A stretch of 52,544 bases of DNA, from the IMG/VR virus record IMGVR_UViG_3300013188_000002, positions 1 to 52,544 of that record. The stretch is one strand, 5' to 3'. Of the stretch, positions 19,301 to 28,253 are shown in pieces (the stretch's first letter is position 1; each line of letters begins with the position of its first letter). The notes beneath the pieces are model-generated. The model was not told where the DNA came from. It made no database searches and saw nothing but the letters and a program-made list of their open reading frames with translations. A program made the translations under genes and the position numbers. Origin of the DNA: a virus (lineage: Duplodnaviria > Caudoviricetes).

Positions 19301-21100
19301 AAGCCCATGAAGAACCTCGGCAGAGGTGAAGACTACAGAGGCACAGCACTCGGATTACAGCAGTGGTTTGCGGACGCCGCCAACATCAACAACTCAACTG
19401 AGGACTTGTTGTCAGGCGAGACAGGTTCACAGATTAAGATGTGGACAGTTATCGCTCAGCTTGGCGGTAACTTAGCTACAGCCTTTATCAACATGGCTTC
19501 GATGGCCACTCACAGCATCCCATACCTCGGCACATACAACGAGGCTAGAGGCTTCGGTGGCGGATTCGGTTTGCGTAAGTCAGCGTTTGAGATCCAACGT
19601 GCGGCTTTCCAGATGGGTCGCCCTGCTATGGCAGACTTCACCAAGCTCAGAGACCTCATCAATGACGAGGCGGCTCTGCGTAAGGCAGGTCTGACTAGAG
19701 ATGAAGCTATCTTCCTGACAGACGCCACACAAGAAGGTGTTCTACAGGCGGCACAAGCCAATGCTCTGGTCGGTACGGCTAGAGGCGGTATCCACAGCAA
19801 CAAGCTACAGGCAGGTATCAAACTGTGGATGGGAGCGTTCTCTTATACTGAGCAACTTAACCGTAGATCGACAGCACTGGCGGCTTTCCGTCTGCACAAG
19901 CAACGTGCGGTAGCAGGTTCTCCTGAGTTCACAGCCCTACAACAGAAGCGCAACAAGACTCCAGAGGAGACAGAACAGCTTCAGCAAATGGAAGCTAAGA
20001 TGAACGCTGATGCCACTGAGTTCGCGCGTACAGCGGTGAACACATCACAGGGTGAGTACGGTATGTTTAACCGCCCTGAGATGGCTCGTGGTAACATCGG
20101 TCAATACCTGTTTATCTATAAGCAGTTCTCTATCATCACCATCCAGATGATGAAAGGACTCAGCCCTAAGGGTCGAATCGCGTTTGTCTCTATGCTCCTG
20201 CTTGCATCTGGCCTCAAAGGTATGCCATTCGCAGATGACTTGGCAGACTTGATTGATACGCTCTTGCAGTTCTTCGGAATTAAGAAGGCAAGCGTAGAGC
20301 AATATCTTGTGGAGACAATCGGTGAGTTCGCACCTGACATGCCATTCGACATCAACCTGACTAACATCGCAATGCGTGGTGTCCTTGATCAGATCATGGC
20401 AGGTACATTCTCAACACGTTTGGGTATGGGTGATCTTATCCCTCTGACTGGCGCATTCAAAGCAGGTGCTGATACAGGCCGTGAGATTACTAACTTCTTC
20501 GGGCCAGTCTACTCAGGAATTGAAGGCGCAATAGTTACAGCAGGTAACTTTGCTAGATACGGAGCGCAAACAGTCGGGCTAAGAGATGCTACTATGACAT
20601 TCCCTGAAGTACTGCGTGACGCACCAGTGGCAGGTATCAGAGCTTTGACAGACGCTTACACTTACTACGACTCAGGTGTCATCACTAATGCACAAGGTAA
20701 GGTGATTGATCCGTCAGCTAGCACTGCGGACATCCTGTTCAGAGCCGCAGGGTTCTACCCATCTATTGCTACCAAAGAGAATGATGCTGTACGTCTGACT
20801 AAACAGATGGCCGCTTACGCAAAGCAACTGCACGCAGGGTATAAGGATGCCTACGTCAAAGCCTATATAGAGAAAGACTTCTCTCGTATGCTAGACGTCC
20901 GCCAGATGGTTATGGAGTGGAACCTGATTCACCGTGGTACAGAGTTTGAATTGACAGACTTTAGGCAGAAAGCTGATAGAGCCGCTAAAGCCGCCTCAAT
21001 GCCAACTGCTCAACGCTACCTCAAGACTGCGCCTAAGAACGTGCGTGAAGGTATGCGTGAACTGTTGGACATCTACGGATTGAATGACGAGAAACTCTAG
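13358..21100 (+). CDS. Giant internal virion / ejection protein (polyvalent-type) with zincin-like HETMGH motif
   Basis: 2580 aa; N-terminal G/A-rich block (EG.TEA.QE), P/Q/E-rich linker, IAHETMGHFGL...EE, helical C-terminus; last gene of late arm. Confidence 0.8.
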   Translation: MAKAGLKSFGSPTLSAMDLEPLGNPYDVAPDIGMGNLLGSREALTNEADSVFNQAMSQFSMPEMKRPAPTGPNVLFDPSANKMFVNGSLFDLDDADAAVKSKGFLTGPRQEPPSGNWQRVTPAEYGRYYKSITDPTLSRRFSENVDIGMANLRSLFGAGAVLLGADEYGLGVMERADEVIRKKSPFAGEATDIGFGDEDLGPVEWFVGVLGAQGPMLLETIAAAGVGFVLGSATAGPGLGSAAGTVGGLFGKTAFKKAVKEAAEEYATIKARDGKAAAKAFLKTDKGKTLKRASGAAGAVGLSYVNNFGIASSDVYSELLESGVDVNDFNAKMTALTAAVPYAALDTIPEFVVGAKLFGGLRAGSKGGRLRRGAKGAGVGAVLEGTTEAGQEGIIMGATSAYTGREYESDEVLNRLVNSFAAGAAIGGTIGSVTNLKTNKPADLLQGTANEQETQQDEGPAQTEMFAEDTDFGTAPEVDPDIAALRAQDEALRQEVVADLELDRENEAIRQEIAGVANMPPAPVIPAQREAEIQEEIGRRERAEADRLDRTMEAAQPLSDRTGGVQPDQGDLFALDGPAYTPPPAPPAPPTPPQPVDNVVESIEQVAQQQPQAQPNLLQQRMQEAAARQREQEAQAEARRQEDERIERNNREVENALALQQAQNEIAAYEAEQAGVTQPELPPVAAPVQTNNLPTVPVPPAPPRQLNLFRGQVKLPRISKAEQKAINKANRLRRKQEQEAQKAAEEAARPMTPAEARAAGQGILLTQRGEPSVAALKAAGTVAPTTTPELVQTTPAEEAVVAQQQEINRLQQQVQELSAARTEESSSAAEYKTTKQEEFDVAERGMPARELMGQYWQNQWNNANSIAEVDKVLADMKQVREEVTQNVQEQSTENVDGSEQARPSEAVRSGNTQERAAAAVVESEKRLREAEDSKAASRPAETEAAVREDSGQQGVQEDSVQGGTQLDPDSEQAIAEELTYQFDLQEAIGELRGIAVSLLDYAYWAAAPSGTSNAADDYRAARATAKAYVDKAFTDPEYFTEAQLKILDEQFVKFATYETDTRSSTQPWFEYAARRGLVERIANPDPKKGIRITGAPYEKMSKAAAKAANVSPARSEDTTNLNEAATAADGKVTGGGRYFKIDDNTEITQPLDKLRVTAIAKNAIRKLKTKPTVTVVKDQNDLRENHPELFKRAMESRPNGDFEFTPAGGFSVGDQVILFSDNIKTEKQARFIIAHETMGHFGLGAFLGKPQLETVMDNIYQDDSSVRVKADRRMEMYGESKAEAVEEVIANMAADLDAHLIKRIWYAIKDALETMGMEFEDSLARYMLRQSRRNLLQGGSGLVSMQELSKNLESLRTDNTLGRFNVVDDTANAASRALSSHAYTKRAGDTGGLKGLAQTFKKIKDVENIRDFSVWLGSLAENVQSLDNAATRSDGLQQVFNIFQARANRSRRHLATYESMTSYSHQAFNGPTKEELEKAGELLAHAALHKQDMITDEQIRDLSVEVGTDQNGDPIKVSDLVVMENGVAGINRELFEAAVAAGNVTREQFAQGLAVTLGDQDQKVFATQTYTPAEAITDNEWRIYTEQRKAVNQAALDVVRSTVEGAIAQKDATISGFKKAYRMSDADTQVMRQVMDRYVELYQKDARQEGGAFQYKTESVENARDFLREINRALFVKDKVQDFKQSKGDAAKFQGPEFQGIIDGLDSLSDKNYTQSQANRITSAIGNLYLLDVQVANAQFNAKRTIMTSYVPFTRRGDHQIRLAAFNENGDIVQLDEVWKTVLPYYQAQGRADAREIAANLDSEFSDREFKIMDANGVEQTVTFRAVAEKSRKGSVLGQQFSLNDFVNTLARLDVNINPQERERIVEALTAQTQRARRSLQRAGVRGWDRDVIRSTSEYLEMQGHIAGQAFYRHRLNNIMLTDSFWRGDYKRVQDLFAETQRTDLSPEKLRQAQTEYDKYAYMYQYMAGDGMPQAVNRKTGKPMKNLGRGEDYRGTALGLQQWFADAANINNSTEDLLSGETGSQIKMWTVIAQLGGNLATAFINMASMATHSIPYLGTYNEARGFGGGFGLRKSAFEIQRAAFQMGRPAMADFTKLRDLINDEAALRKAGLTRDEAIFLTDATQEGVLQAAQANALVGTARGGIHSNKLQAGIKLWMGAFSYTEQLNRRSTALAAFRLHKQRAVAGSPEFTALQQKRNKTPEETEQLQQMEAKMNADATEFARTAVNTSQGEYGMFNRPEMARGNIGQYLFIYKQFSIITIQMMKGLSPKGRIAFVSMLLLASGLKGMPFADDLADLIDTLLQFFGIKKASVEQYLVETIGEFAPDMPFDINLTNIAMRGVLDQIMAGTFSTRLGMGDLIPLTGAFKAGADTGREITNFFGPVYSGIEGAIVTAGNFARYGAQTVGLRDATMTFPEVLRDAPVAGIRALTDAYTYYDSGVITNAQGKVIDPSASTADILFRAAGFYPSIATKENDAVRLTKQMAAYAKQLHAGYKDAYVKAYIEKDFSRMLDVRQMVMEWNLIHRGTEFELTDFRQKADRAAKAASMPTAQRYLKTAPKNVREGMRELLDIYGLNDEKL
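16014..16256 (+). CDS. Nested out-of-frame small basic protein (M.KSKAQ..WM.A..P..A..F...TP....LP type)
   Basis: GAGGT SD at 16001-16005 before ATG 16014; sequence resembles small stand-alone phage proteins starting MPFKSKAQ (recalled, not searched). Confidence 0.65.
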   Translation: MYKSKAQKTWMEANRPDLAKQFEAETPKNAQLPQSLSPRSASEKRRIARQLAALRKQKQPFGKIAVNKVYRKIAYKGELS

Positions 21101-23970
21101 TCTGTAACAATTTGTAACTGTCCGTAAGCCAAGTCGTCAGCTGTTACATCTGCGTTCTCAAGCAAGCTCTGGAAACGAGGGTGCGTCAGGTTAAAGCCGA
21201 TGACATAGGATTGTGCCAGTTTGATTGGTGTGTCCTTGCCAAGTGAAGCCTTCTCTGACTTTGGTGTAGCAATCGCGTTCTCCACAGCAAGTTCCTGTTT
21301 GAATGACTTGTAGTCAGCTCCCCGCACAGACAACCATTTGCGGAAGTGAGTGCGGTCAATCATCATAGTACCCTTATCGAATGGGTCAGCCGCAGACTTA
21401 CGGAACACATCAAGACGAACACGAACATCCCCTCGTGGCATACGTCCATAGTCAGGCTGTGGTTTCTGACCTGCTGTGTGCATCACTGTTACCTGTGCAT
21501 CTGCACTGTCAGCCATATACTCAGCGATAAGGTCAAAGCAATCAACTTGGTTCTCTTGCACTGTCCTACGGATAGCACCAATCTGTGACAGTACCCACTC
21601 GGTTGCTTGGCGATAGTCAAACTGTAGCAGGTTCCATTCACTTGCCAGTTTCATACCTAAGTCTGCAAGCACAATAGCCTGTTCCCAATAACGCTCCTCG
21701 CCACTAAAGCGAGACTTGTATCGCTTCTGGAATGTATCTGATGCCTCTGCGATTGCCGCCTGTATACCGTCCTCGCCCATCTCTAGCAGGTTCTTGATGA
21801 AGATCCGCCCTGCGTGGCCATAGTTAGCGTGGATAGCTTCGTATATCTTACGCCCTGCTTCTGAGTTTCGTATGAATATAGGACTCTGCGGCACAGTAAT
21901 CTCTAACATACGAGCCATCTGTGCGTCTGTGTCTAAACCGGATGCAATCAGCTTACTTTGTAGAGACTTGTTGGTGGATACCACGACTGGTGTAGCCCAT
22001 GTCTTAGCATCACGTTCTTCTGCATTACGATTAAGACGAGCCTTGTCTCGGCCTTGTGTCACCCAATAACAGAAGTCACCGACTTCTTTATCGTTCATCA
22101 TAGTGACTTCGTCTATCGTCAGCGGAAGGTTAGCGTATGTGCCAAGTCGTGCGAACAAGCTGTTCTGTGTGTACTTAGCCGCAAAGTGTAGCTTGTCAGG
22201 GTTGCCGTATATCGACTGCGCCCAGTACTGAGCCAGTGTTTTACCACCGCCTGTGGCCCCATACAAAGATACTGTCAGACCTTTGAGTCCAGTGAAGTTA
22301 TATAAAGGCGCAGACAAAGCCACGCCTAGTGTAAACATATGAGCTTTTAGATCAGCCTTCTCCATAATAGAGGTGAGGTTAGACCACCCCTCTAGTGTAC
22401 CTTTTGTCTGGTACAATTCTCCCCCTTGGCGTTGCACACCAGAGGATAATTTAACTGCTTCTTCTGACACCAGTCCATTAGCGTCACGCTTAATAACTGT
22501 GTCGCCTAGAACAAATGCCGTGTTGTTTTCTTTCCAACCCATTGTTGAATAGAGGTTAGTCATGGCACGGATTTGTCTAAGCTCTTCCATGTATGACCGC
22601 ATCATAAGTTGAAAGTACTCCGTTTGCCGTTTGTTATATAGGACAATACCTTGGTCTGCGATTGCCGTTGCAAACTCTCGACTGCCCTCTGCTAAGTACG
22701 CTTGTCTCAGTGTAATCTCTTGCCACCCCATGTGCGGCCTGTTCCAATGAAAGCGAACTGTCTCGTATCCCAGTGACTCATCATAGCCGTAGCCCACTGG
22801 ATAAATGTCGAACTTACATACATCAATATCTGTATCGTCTATCGTAACTTTGATGCCATCAGCTGTGCGCTTGAATGGCTTCGGCATAGGTATAGAGTTA
22901 GCGACTTTATCTAGTGCCTCTTGTGGAATAGCCACCTCTTGATACTGCACCCCAAGTCTGGCAGGTGAACCGATTTTGCCTTTGAACTTACAGCCTCTAC
23001 AGCCATTCGGCCTGTCTGCTTCAAACTTCGCGCATGTCGTTGGCCCTGTCGTGGACTGCTTCCAGTGAGCGAGTTTCCGTAAGGTTGCCCTTTCATCATA
23101 TGACGGATGTTTATTGCTCCACTCCTTTGCTGTTTCCTCAGGGTCAATACAGTGTGCCGCTACGCCTATGATGTCGTACCATAGTGGCTCATCTACATCA
23201 CCTTGGTTAGCTATAGCCCACTCAATCTGCTTACACTTGCTTGCTACTACAGAGCCTACAGCAGGTGGAAACTCTTGCTTTACTGCTAAACTACTCAGCA
23301 ACGTGTTGTCACGAGTGTGATCTATAGCGCTGCCAGGGGATGCTTTGAAGTAATAACTTAGACAATCCCTCAGAGTCTGAACGTCCACAGGGTCAGCATC
23401 AACGAGCATCTTTACTTCGTTGCCGCCCTTCGTGTTCGTAGTTCCTACAGGCCGCAGTACTCTTGCACTGTCAGCAGGTACAGCAGGGTCAACCTCAAAG
23501 CCCTTTGCGACACAGGCTTCCTTCATAGCCTCTGCCAGTGGCTTCCAATCATCAGGCTCTAGCTCTTTGGTCAGCACCCAGTACACATGCAGACCGTTGC
23601 CTGAATGAATGATAAGTGGTTTGGGCAAGCGCATCTCAGATACAAACTTACCAAGAGCTTGTAGCCCTTCTTTCCATGTGGGGAATGGTTTACCGTCGCC
23701 ACAGTCCACATCTACAGCTATCAGCTTAGTAGCTCGTACATTGTCTTGCTTTCTGTTGCCCTTATTTCCGAAAGCAGACACAGCGAAATAGACGTTCTTG
23801 TCTGGTTGTGACGTTGATAACCTCTTACAGGCTTGTGCGAGTTCCTCTACCGTATCAAAAAAGCCTTGTTGTACTTTACCTTCAGGGCTTATTAGAGTTG
23901 TTACATAGTACCCTTCAGACGGTAGGACTCGCTGTAAAAAACTCAGCGTATCCATCATTGTTACCTTCAC
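21097..23970 (-). CDS. Primase-helicase (AEP/RepB-like primase, Cys cluster, DUF927-type helicase)
   Basis: VDVD and HSGNGLHVYW primase motifs; C.KF....C..C; GATGGGKT Walker A; TIDE Walker B. Confidence 0.88.
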   Translation of the reverse strand: MKVTMMDTLSFLQRVLPSEGYYVTTLISPEGKVQQGFFDTVEELAQACKRLSTSQPDKNVYFAVSAFGNKGNRKQDNVRATKLIAVDVDCGDGKPFPTWKEGLQALGKFVSEMRLPKPLIIHSGNGLHVYWVLTKELEPDDWKPLAEAMKEACVAKGFEVDPAVPADSARVLRPVGTTNTKGGNEVKMLVDADPVDVQTLRDCLSYYFKASPGSAIDHTRDNTLLSSLAVKQEFPPAVGSVVASKCKQIEWAIANQGDVDEPLWYDIIGVAAHCIDPEETAKEWSNKHPSYDERATLRKLAHWKQSTTGPTTCAKFEADRPNGCRGCKFKGKIGSPARLGVQYQEVAIPQEALDKVANSIPMPKPFKRTADGIKVTIDDTDIDVCKFDIYPVGYGYDESLGYETVRFHWNRPHMGWQEITLRQAYLAEGSREFATAIADQGIVLYNKRQTEYFQLMMRSYMEELRQIRAMTNLYSTMGWKENNTAFVLGDTVIKRDANGLVSEEAVKLSSGVQRQGGELYQTKGTLEGWSNLTSIMEKADLKAHMFTLGVALSAPLYNFTGLKGLTVSLYGATGGGKTLAQYWAQSIYGNPDKLHFAAKYTQNSLFARLGTYANLPLTIDEVTMMNDKEVGDFCYWVTQGRDKARLNRNAEERDAKTWATPVVVSTNKSLQSKLIASGLDTDAQMARMLEITVPQSPIFIRNSEAGRKIYEAIHANYGHAGRIFIKNLLEMGEDGIQAAIAEASDTFQKRYKSRFSGEERYWEQAIVLADLGMKLASEWNLLQFDYRQATEWVLSQIGAIRRTVQENQVDCFDLIAEYMADSADAQVTVMHTAGQKPQPDYGRMPRGDVRVRLDVFRKSAADPFDKGTMMIDRTHFRKWLSVRGADYKSFKQELAVENAIATPKSEKASLGKDTPIKLAQSYVIGFNLTHPRFQSLLENADVTADDLAYGQLQIVTD

Positions 23971-23976
23971 AGTTAC

Positions 23977-23998
23977 GGAAGGGGCTTGCGCCCCTCCC
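23977..23998 (-). promoter_or_regulatory. GC-rich hairpin (GCAA loop on - strand) between HTH gene and primase
   Basis: ggaaggggc-ttgc-gcccctccc; T-run follows only on the + strand. Confidence 0.55.
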
Positions 23999-24005
23999 TT
24001 TTACC

Positions 24006-24290
24006 TTAGTCCTGTTTGTCCAAAATCTCAAGAAGCCTTTGGAAACGATCCTTCTGATCAAGGGCTATGACCTCTGGTTGAGGCCACCCTTCTGACAGCA
24101 TGGCTAGCATCTGCCTCAATACTTCACGGACTTTCTCATCGTTCTTTTTACGGATAGCTTTGCCCTTTACCCATCCGTAATAAGTCATCCGTGACACATC
24201 AAGTAGTTGTGCCATGTTACCAGTGGTCAGTAGCATGTGTTTCCGCAGAGCTTCCACTTTCGTGAAGTCAAGCGGTGGCACATTAGTCAT
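24006..24290 (-). CDS. Cro/CI-like helix-turn-helix protein
   Basis: LR....LT..NMAQLLDVSRMTYYGWVKG. Confidence 0.8.
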   Translation of the reverse strand: MTNVPPLDFTKVEALRKHMLLTTGNMAQLLDVSRMTYYGWVKGKAIRKKNDEKVREVLRQMLAMLSEGWPQPEVIALDQKDRFQRLLEILDKQD

Positions 24291-25242
24291 CAGCTACATC
24301 TCCCACCAGTGCGGCAATCTCAGCCGCCAAGTCATCAGCTTGACCGTTGGCTACAGGTGCGGCCTTAGGTTCTTCAGCTACCTTCGGTGCAGGTGTAGGC
24401 TCAGCGGCCTTCTTTGCACCAAACCCTTTTACAGGAGCAGGTTTCTCTGCGACTGACTCAGGTGCAGGTGCAGGAGCAACAGGCTCAGGCTTGCTTTCAA
24501 CTGCCGGTACTTCGACAGGCTTACTCGCAGCAGCAAGTTCTCCTGTGATTTCCTTAACTTGGTCTGTCCCGAACAGCTTATCGACAGCAGTTTGTGTCTG
24601 CTCATCGTTGAAGCCACCAAAGGCAAACATCAACTTCGGAAAAGAAGCACTGGTATCAAACGAGACTTTAGTACGCACAATCTCTGGCGCAATGCCACGG
24701 ACTGACAGTTCCTTTTGGTATTGGTTCAGCCCCTTCAATGCGGCAGGTGTAACTGACAGCAGATACACAGCACCCTCAGGGTCATCAGCCGCTACGATTG
24801 CAAGCCGCTTCTGGTCAGAGCAAGCCTTCACTTGTTGTCCATTAGGTGTCACCTTGGAACCCCATGCGTTGTGAGGGCATGAAGCACACAGATCATTCTG
24901 CGGATCTTCTACAGCAGAGTGAGGGCTAACACCATCAAGTGAGTAGCAATCAGGGCCAGTAGCCTCAACATCTGGATTCCACTCTTTCGCATACCATGTC
25001 TTAGATAGTCGTGGGTTAGCCCCGACAATCACAGCTTCAAGGGTATTGCTATCAAGCACAGTCTCAGTCTTGCCTTCGACAATACGGAAACGTGAGCCTT
25101 TGATTGAAATACGAGGATAAGCATCCTCAGTAGTTGCCATGCCTCCTGACAGCGATGCGGCAAGCGCAGATGGTTTGCCAACTTTATCCGCCAGATGGGC
25201 AGGAACTTGAATGTTTGCAGGTATAATATCGTTCATTGTCAT
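24283..25242 (-). CDS. Putative ssDNA-binding protein with Cys motif
   Basis: PRISIKG, C.SC..N.WGS...KAC, P/A-rich linker and acidic C-terminus; replication module context. Confidence 0.6.
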   Translation of the reverse strand: MTMNDIIPANIQVPAHLADKVGKPSALAASLSGGMATTEDAYPRISIKGSRFRIVEGKTETVLDSNTLEAVIVGANPRLSKTWYAKEWNPDVEATGPDCYSLDGVSPHSAVEDPQNDLCASCPHNAWGSKVTPNGQQVKACSDQKRLAIVAADDPEGAVYLLSVTPAALKGLNQYQKELSVRGIAPEIVRTKVSFDTSASFPKLMFAFGGFNDEQTQTAVDKLFGTDQVKEITGELAAASKPVEVPAVESKPEPVAPAPAPESVAEKPAPVKGFGAKKAAEPTPAPKVAEEPKAAPVANGQADDLAAEIAALVGDVADD

Positions 25243-25245
25243 CTC

Positions 25246-25644
25246 CTAGTCTTCGACTTTTGCAACAGGTTTACGGACGTTTACATCAATGCGTGTTCCG
25301 TAATTCACGCCTGACGGTACAGTTTTATTCTGTTCGATGTAGCCCCGAACAGCGTTCTTACTGACACGTTTCTCTAACATGTCATATGCTTCGTTCTCCT
25401 TGACAAAGGATAGAACAGCATCCCAATCGGCTACGTTTGCGTAGTCATTGGTTGTGACAAAGGCAGTGCCGTGTGCTGTCTTGAAAGACGTTACTCCCTC
25501 GGCATCAGCTTTTGTCTTAATCCACGCTTCAAGTTTCGCCATCTTGTCCTTGAGTTCTTTAACTTGGTCTTTGATCTCAGCTTCAAGAGCTTCCTTCTTA
25601 TTGCGATACTTGAGGTACGCTTCTATTACTTGGTCTACAGTCAT
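25246..25644 (-). CDS. Conserved phage replication-module protein (coiled coil)
   Basis: ORF track; SD GAGGT; located between helicase and putative SSB. Confidence 0.7.
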   Translation of the reverse strand: MTVDQVIEAYLKYRNKKEALEAEIKDQVKELKDKMAKLEAWIKTKADAEGVTSFKTAHGTAFVTTNDYANVADWDAVLSFVKENEAYDMLEKRVSKNAVRGYIEQNKTVPSGVNYGTRIDVNVRKPVAKVED

Positions 25645-25648
25645 ATCG

Positions 25649-27199
25649 TTACCTCGTTTCTTGTTGTATCAAATCCAGTAACAAGCCTTGTAGTTTCTGC
25701 TTGTTCTTGAGCCGTTCATACATACGGTACTCAACTTCTGTACCTTCTATATGCACAACATTTGACACATGTTTTTTACCAATGCGCTCTATCCGACCAT
25801 TCGCCTGAACGTATTGTTCGTTGCTTGTTACTGGCCCATACCAGACAACCGTAGATGCGGCAGTCAAGGTTAGCCCATGAGCCATAGTCGCAGGGTGCGC
25901 TATCAACACATGTGGTTCTTTGCCATTCTGAAAGTTATGGAATATCTCGTTGCGTTGCTTGGCAGATACCTCGCCATTCACTACACCGACAGACCAATGC
26001 TTTCCTAGCTCTCGCTCCAACATGCGTAACGTGCCTGTTAGTGGCACGAATATAATTACTTTCTGTCCTACTTCATCTATTACCTCCTTCACAGCGTTTA
26101 CTCTTGGGGAACAATCAAGTTCTATGTTGCGGCCATCATCCCCATAGGCCACACCACATGCTATCTGAACAAGTTTCTGTAACTTGACCGCTTCGTTTAC
26201 AGCGGTGATAGTTCCTTCCTCCGCCATCTCGGTTACAAAATGACGTAGCATCTTTGTGTAGTGTTCCTTCTGCTCCTTGGTCATCTCGACCTTGCGTGTC
26301 TGGAACACTGTATCTGGTAAGTCAAAGCACTCATCCCTTGTGTACCTGACAGCAGGTTGCAGGATATGTTTGACAGTATCCACTGACTCTGGTCTTGGTA
26401 TCCACTTCCACTGTCCAATCTTCATCATCACCTGTTCTCTGAACGCAGTGTATGTCTTGGTACAGAACGGACTATCTACTAGCTTTGCTAATGCCCAAGC
26501 ATCTGTCGGATCATTCGGCGTGGGTGTACCTGTCATCAGCCACAAACGTGTTGTGGTGTTCTTTGCCATCCACCTCCTCAAGATCTTGAATCTGTTTGTA
26601 GATGGATTGCGGTAAACAGCGGCCTCGTCAACCACCACTAAGTCAAACATACCAAGGGCTTCCTCTGCTATGATTGGAAAACCATCGTGGTTGATGATAA
26701 AAAAGTCAGCATCTACATGTAGTAGCTTCTTACGTTTAGCCGCAGTGCCATGTAAGGTTACATGCTTACGCTCAGGGAAGCCCATAAAGATACCGTCACC
26801 CCATACACGTTCAAGTGTGGATAACGGGGATATAATTAAGACCTTCTTAACAGAACCTGTTTTCATAAGGTAGTCAGCCGCCCACAGTGCAGACTGTGTC
26901 TTACCAGTTCCAATCTCATTAAGCACCAATGCCCTCTGGTTCATAGTCAAGAACGCAGATGTCATCTTCTGATGCTCGTATGGTGTGAACCTGCCTACCC
27001 AATCATAATAATAAAGTATAGGCGCAGGTGCTTGGATGCCTAGGTTACGCAGAACCTTGACCTCATCCTGTCGGTGCGGTGTCACAACCAAGTTCTTACC
27101 CTTGAAGTTAAGAACCTTCGCAGTTGGTATTGTGTCTAGCACTCTGTTTGGATTAGTAAGGTTAAGTGCCAAAGCCTTTGCTTGCTCTACCACTAACAT
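25649..27199 (-). CDS. SNF2-family (SF2) DNA helicase
   Basis: EIGTGKT, VVDEA, MTGTP, HGLTLT and QANGRIERIG motifs; likely start MLVV at 27199. Confidence 0.92.
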   Translation of the reverse strand: MLVVEQAKALALNLTNPNRVLDTIPTAKVLNFKGKNLVVTPHRQDEVKVLRNLGIQAPAPILYYYDWVGRFTPYEHQKMTSAFLTMNQRALVLNEIGTGKTQSALWAADYLMKTGSVKKVLIISPLSTLERVWGDGIFMGFPERKHVTLHGTAAKRKKLLHVDADFFIINHDGFPIIAEEALGMFDLVVVDEAAVYRNPSTNRFKILRRWMAKNTTTRLWLMTGTPTPNDPTDAWALAKLVDSPFCTKTYTAFREQVMMKIGQWKWIPRPESVDTVKHILQPAVRYTRDECFDLPDTVFQTRKVEMTKEQKEHYTKMLRHFVTEMAEEGTITAVNEAVKLQKLVQIACGVAYGDDGRNIELDCSPRVNAVKEVIDEVGQKVIIFVPLTGTLRMLERELGKHWSVGVVNGEVSAKQRNEIFHNFQNGKEPHVLIAHPATMAHGLTLTAASTVVWYGPVTSNEQYVQANGRIERIGKKHVSNVVHIEGTEVEYRMYERLKNKQKLQGLLLDLIQQETR

Positions 27200-27519
27200 T
27201 CTAAGTCCACCCATCGTGTGTCAAGTTGTTCGTGTATGTATTGACGAACCTCCTCGATAGTGGCGTCATCATACACAAGAAAGCATTTGCCCCCTGCCAT
27301 CTCTATCTCCTTCATACATTTGATTTGTAGGGCGGTTGGCTTCTTAGTTTTGTCAGCCTTACATTCCATTCCTACAAACCGTCCACTTACAATAGCTACC
27401 TTGTCTGGGATACCCGACCTTCCAAAAGGCCCTGCCTGTGGGTTGTAATACCAGACACCTTCTTCCTTCAACATCTTGTCAAGTTTACGTTTAATCTTTC
27501 CTTCAGGTGTAGATGCCAT
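27193..27519 (-). CDS. VRR-NUC domain nuclease / Holliday junction resolvase-like
   Basis: E..I...GIPD......GRFVGMECK......PT.LQ. Confidence 0.88.
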   Translation of the reverse strand: MASTPEGKIKRKLDKMLKEEGVWYYNPQAGPFGRSGIPDKVAIVSGRFVGMECKADKTKKPTALQIKCMKEIEMAGGKCFLVYDDATIEEVRQYIHEQLDTRWVDLEC

Positions 27520-27539
27520 AAGATTACATACTTGTCAAG

Positions 27540-28199
27540 TTAAATTTGTGCGTACTCACACATATTTTGTGCGGGGCAGAACCTACATAAACCACTTGGT
27601 TTAGCAGGCCAGTTCTCTGTCTCCGCAGATTTGTAGATACGGTCTATCCTAGCTAGTAGGTTTTGCCACATCTCAGCAGACTGGTCTCGACTAAATTCTT
27701 CCGAGTCCATCTTCATCTCTTTGAGCCAGACAAACGTGGTCTTTATGTTTACGACCTCAGGGAAATGCTTCCACACTTGTAGTGCGAACATCTCAAGCTG
27801 TGTAAAATCTGGCCTACGCTTACCTGTTTTCCAATCAAGTACGATTGCTGTGTCCTCTTTCAGTATCAGTACATCAAGTATGGATCTCAGCCATGCGTCA
27901 TCCGCAAACCAACTTGTTGGTGTAAGGTCTTCCGTCAGTGTCAGCTGTCGTTCAGCGTGTAACTCTCCGCCCCTTGCCATACCCTCTATGGTCTGACATA
28001 GCACTTCGTACTTCTCGACCTCAGGCGGCAGGACTGTGTTGTTCACTAACCTCTGCTCTAAGTATTCGTGGATACGCTCGCCATACTTGCTTGCTTCGCC
28101 ACCTTTATCCTGCACTTCTTTCGTTACTCGTTGGTGATAGTAACGTTTCGGGCAGTTCTCATACAGCTTGATAGCCGAGAATGAATGCGCTAACTGCAT
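27540..28199 (-). CDS. PD-(D/E)XK Cas4-like exonuclease
   Basis: HSFS....Y.NCP, G..IH, LD....VLDWKTGK, QL, C.FC....C; SD GGAG before ATG 28199. Confidence 0.88.
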   Translation of the reverse strand: MQLAHSFSAIKLYENCPKRYYHQRVTKEVQDKGGEASKYGERIHEYLEQRLVNNTVLPPEVEKYEVLCQTIEGMARGGELHAERQLTLTEDLTPTSWFADDAWLRSILDVLILKEDTAIVLDWKTGKRRPDFTQLEMFALQVWKHFPEVVNIKTTFVWLKEMKMDSEEFSRDQSAEMWQNLLARIDRIYKSAETENWPAKPSGLCRFCPAQNMCEYAQI

Positions 28200-28253
28200 A
28201 TAAACTCCATAGGGTTGCACCGTGAAGGCGGTATTCGCCACCCACGGTAAAGT

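Noticed and set aside
27540-28199. Cas4-like gene as sign of a CRISPR system
   Set aside because: No repeat-spacer array or other cas genes seen; stand-alone Cas4-like nucleases are common in phage replication modules
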